DNA of 16,723 nucleotides from a virus (Duplodnaviria; Heunggongvirae; Uroviricota; Caudoviricetes): IMG/VR virus record IMGVR_UViG_2660238346_000008; one strand, 5' to 3'. Shown piece by piece: positions 16,085 to 16,723 of this stretch (position 1 is its first letter; each line of letters starts with the position of its first letter). The notes under the pieces were generated by a model. It saw only the letters and a program-made list of their open reading frames with translations, ran no database searches and was not told where the DNA came from. The position numbers and the translations under genes were made by a program.

Positions 16085-16450
16085 TTACAGTCCGATGATG
16101 TCGTCCGCTCTGCCACTACCTCCGGACACCTCCGGCAGCGTCGGGTCCGGCATACCACCCGCCGCTTCACGAGCAGACTTTTGTCGATGGCATTCGGTAC
16201 AGAGCGTCCAGAGATTCGTCTCCTCATTACCACCACCGAACTGAAGTGCAATTCGGTGATCGAGTTCACTGTCACAGAGGTCAACCACACGACCACAGAT
16301 ACAGCACTGCCCGGCGTCCCTCAGCCAGATATGACGCTTGAGGGAAACACGTGCACTGCCACTGACACGACACTGCTCCCCCTTCAGAATATTCACCCGT
16401 CGGGTATTCAGTGTTTTGATTCTGCTCTGGAGTGTACGAAGCTGAGCCAT
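16085..16450 (-). CDS. HNH endonuclease (packaging-associated)
   Basis: 121 aa; Cys pairs CCICGRVVD...C and CTECHRQK with HNH-like residues (DHRIALQFGG, N, H); sits immediately upstream of the terminase genes. Confidence 0.85.
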   Translation of the reverse strand: MAQLRTLQSRIKTLNTRRVNILKGEQCRVSGSARVSLKRHIWLRDAGQCCICGRVVDLCDSELDHRIALQFGGGNEETNLWTLCTECHRQKSAREAAGGMPDPTLPEVSGGSGRADDIIGL

Positions 16451-16491
16451 GTAAAATCCCCGTCATATGGCAATCAGTAAAGGAAATAAAT

Positions 16492-16692
16492 ATGTCATCG
16501 AAAAACCGGACCCGCAGAACCACAACCCGCAATATCCGTTTCCCCAATCACATGATTGAACAGATCAGCATCGCCCTTGAGCATAAAGGGTCCGGTAACT
16601 TTTCAGCGTGGGTTATTGAAGCCTGCAGGAGAAGGCTGGCAACAGATGCAACGCATCTGCGCCCGGCCAGCATGAAAAATAACGAGAAATGA
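16492..16692 (+). CDS. Small ribbon-helix-helix-like DNA-binding protein (hypothetical)
   Basis: 66 aa from ATG 16492 (AAAGGAAATAAAT upstream); basic N-terminus, then NIRFPNHMIEQISIALEHKGSGNFSAWVIEACRRRL, consistent with a beta strand plus two helices. The track ORF begins at an upstream GTG (16432) that overlaps the HNH start. Confidence 0.45.
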   Translation: MSSKNRTRRTTTRNIRFPNHMIEQISIALEHKGSGNFSAWVIEACRRRLATDATHLRPASMKNNEK

Positions 16693-16723
16693 ACGTTCGG
16701 TTACAGGAGCAGGTACCCACTGT

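Larger units (their letters stand above)
1..16723 (-). mobile_element. Prophage late region (packaging, head and tail modules); HK97-like head genes joined to lambda-like tail genes; extends beyond both window edges
   Basis: Uninterrupted minus-strand series of recognisable phage structural genes with short overlaps (ATGA-type) between neighbours; L gene runs off the left edge. Confidence 0.9.

Noticed and set aside
16281-16547. 88-aa minus-strand ORF spanning the HNH start region
   Set aside because: Overlaps the HNH gene in another frame and the RHH-like gene on the opposite strand; no motifs or RBS.
1-16723. Integrase, attachment site, tRNA, toxin-antitoxin pair or known defence system
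   Set aside because: None could be identified by eye; every sizeable minus-strand ORF is accounted for by a phage morphogenesis function or the porin. Such elements may lie outside the window.

Overview
This window is a contiguous late-gene block of a mosaic siphovirus prophage in an enterobacterial-type genome, with almost all real genes on the minus strand. All calls rest on reading the translations and DNA by eye; no database search was possible. In transcription order (high to low coordinate) it carries an HNH endonuclease, small and large terminase, a prohead protease-major capsid fusion, a portal with a ~500-aa C-terminal extension, head-tail joining proteins, a major tail protein with an Ig-like domain, G/G-T chaperones, tape measure, lambda-like gpM, an AT-rich OmpC-family porin moron, and the start of lambda-like gpL. 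The strongest candidates for something undescribed are the portal extension (five 162-bp tandem repeats plus a CBM5/12-like C-terminal motif), the porin cassette inserted between M and L, and a GTTAACAT-motif/palindrome array in the putative cos region. No integrase, att site, tRNA, CRISPR array or recognisable defence system was seen. Long plus-strand ORFs are judged to be antisense artefacts of GC-rich coding DNA.
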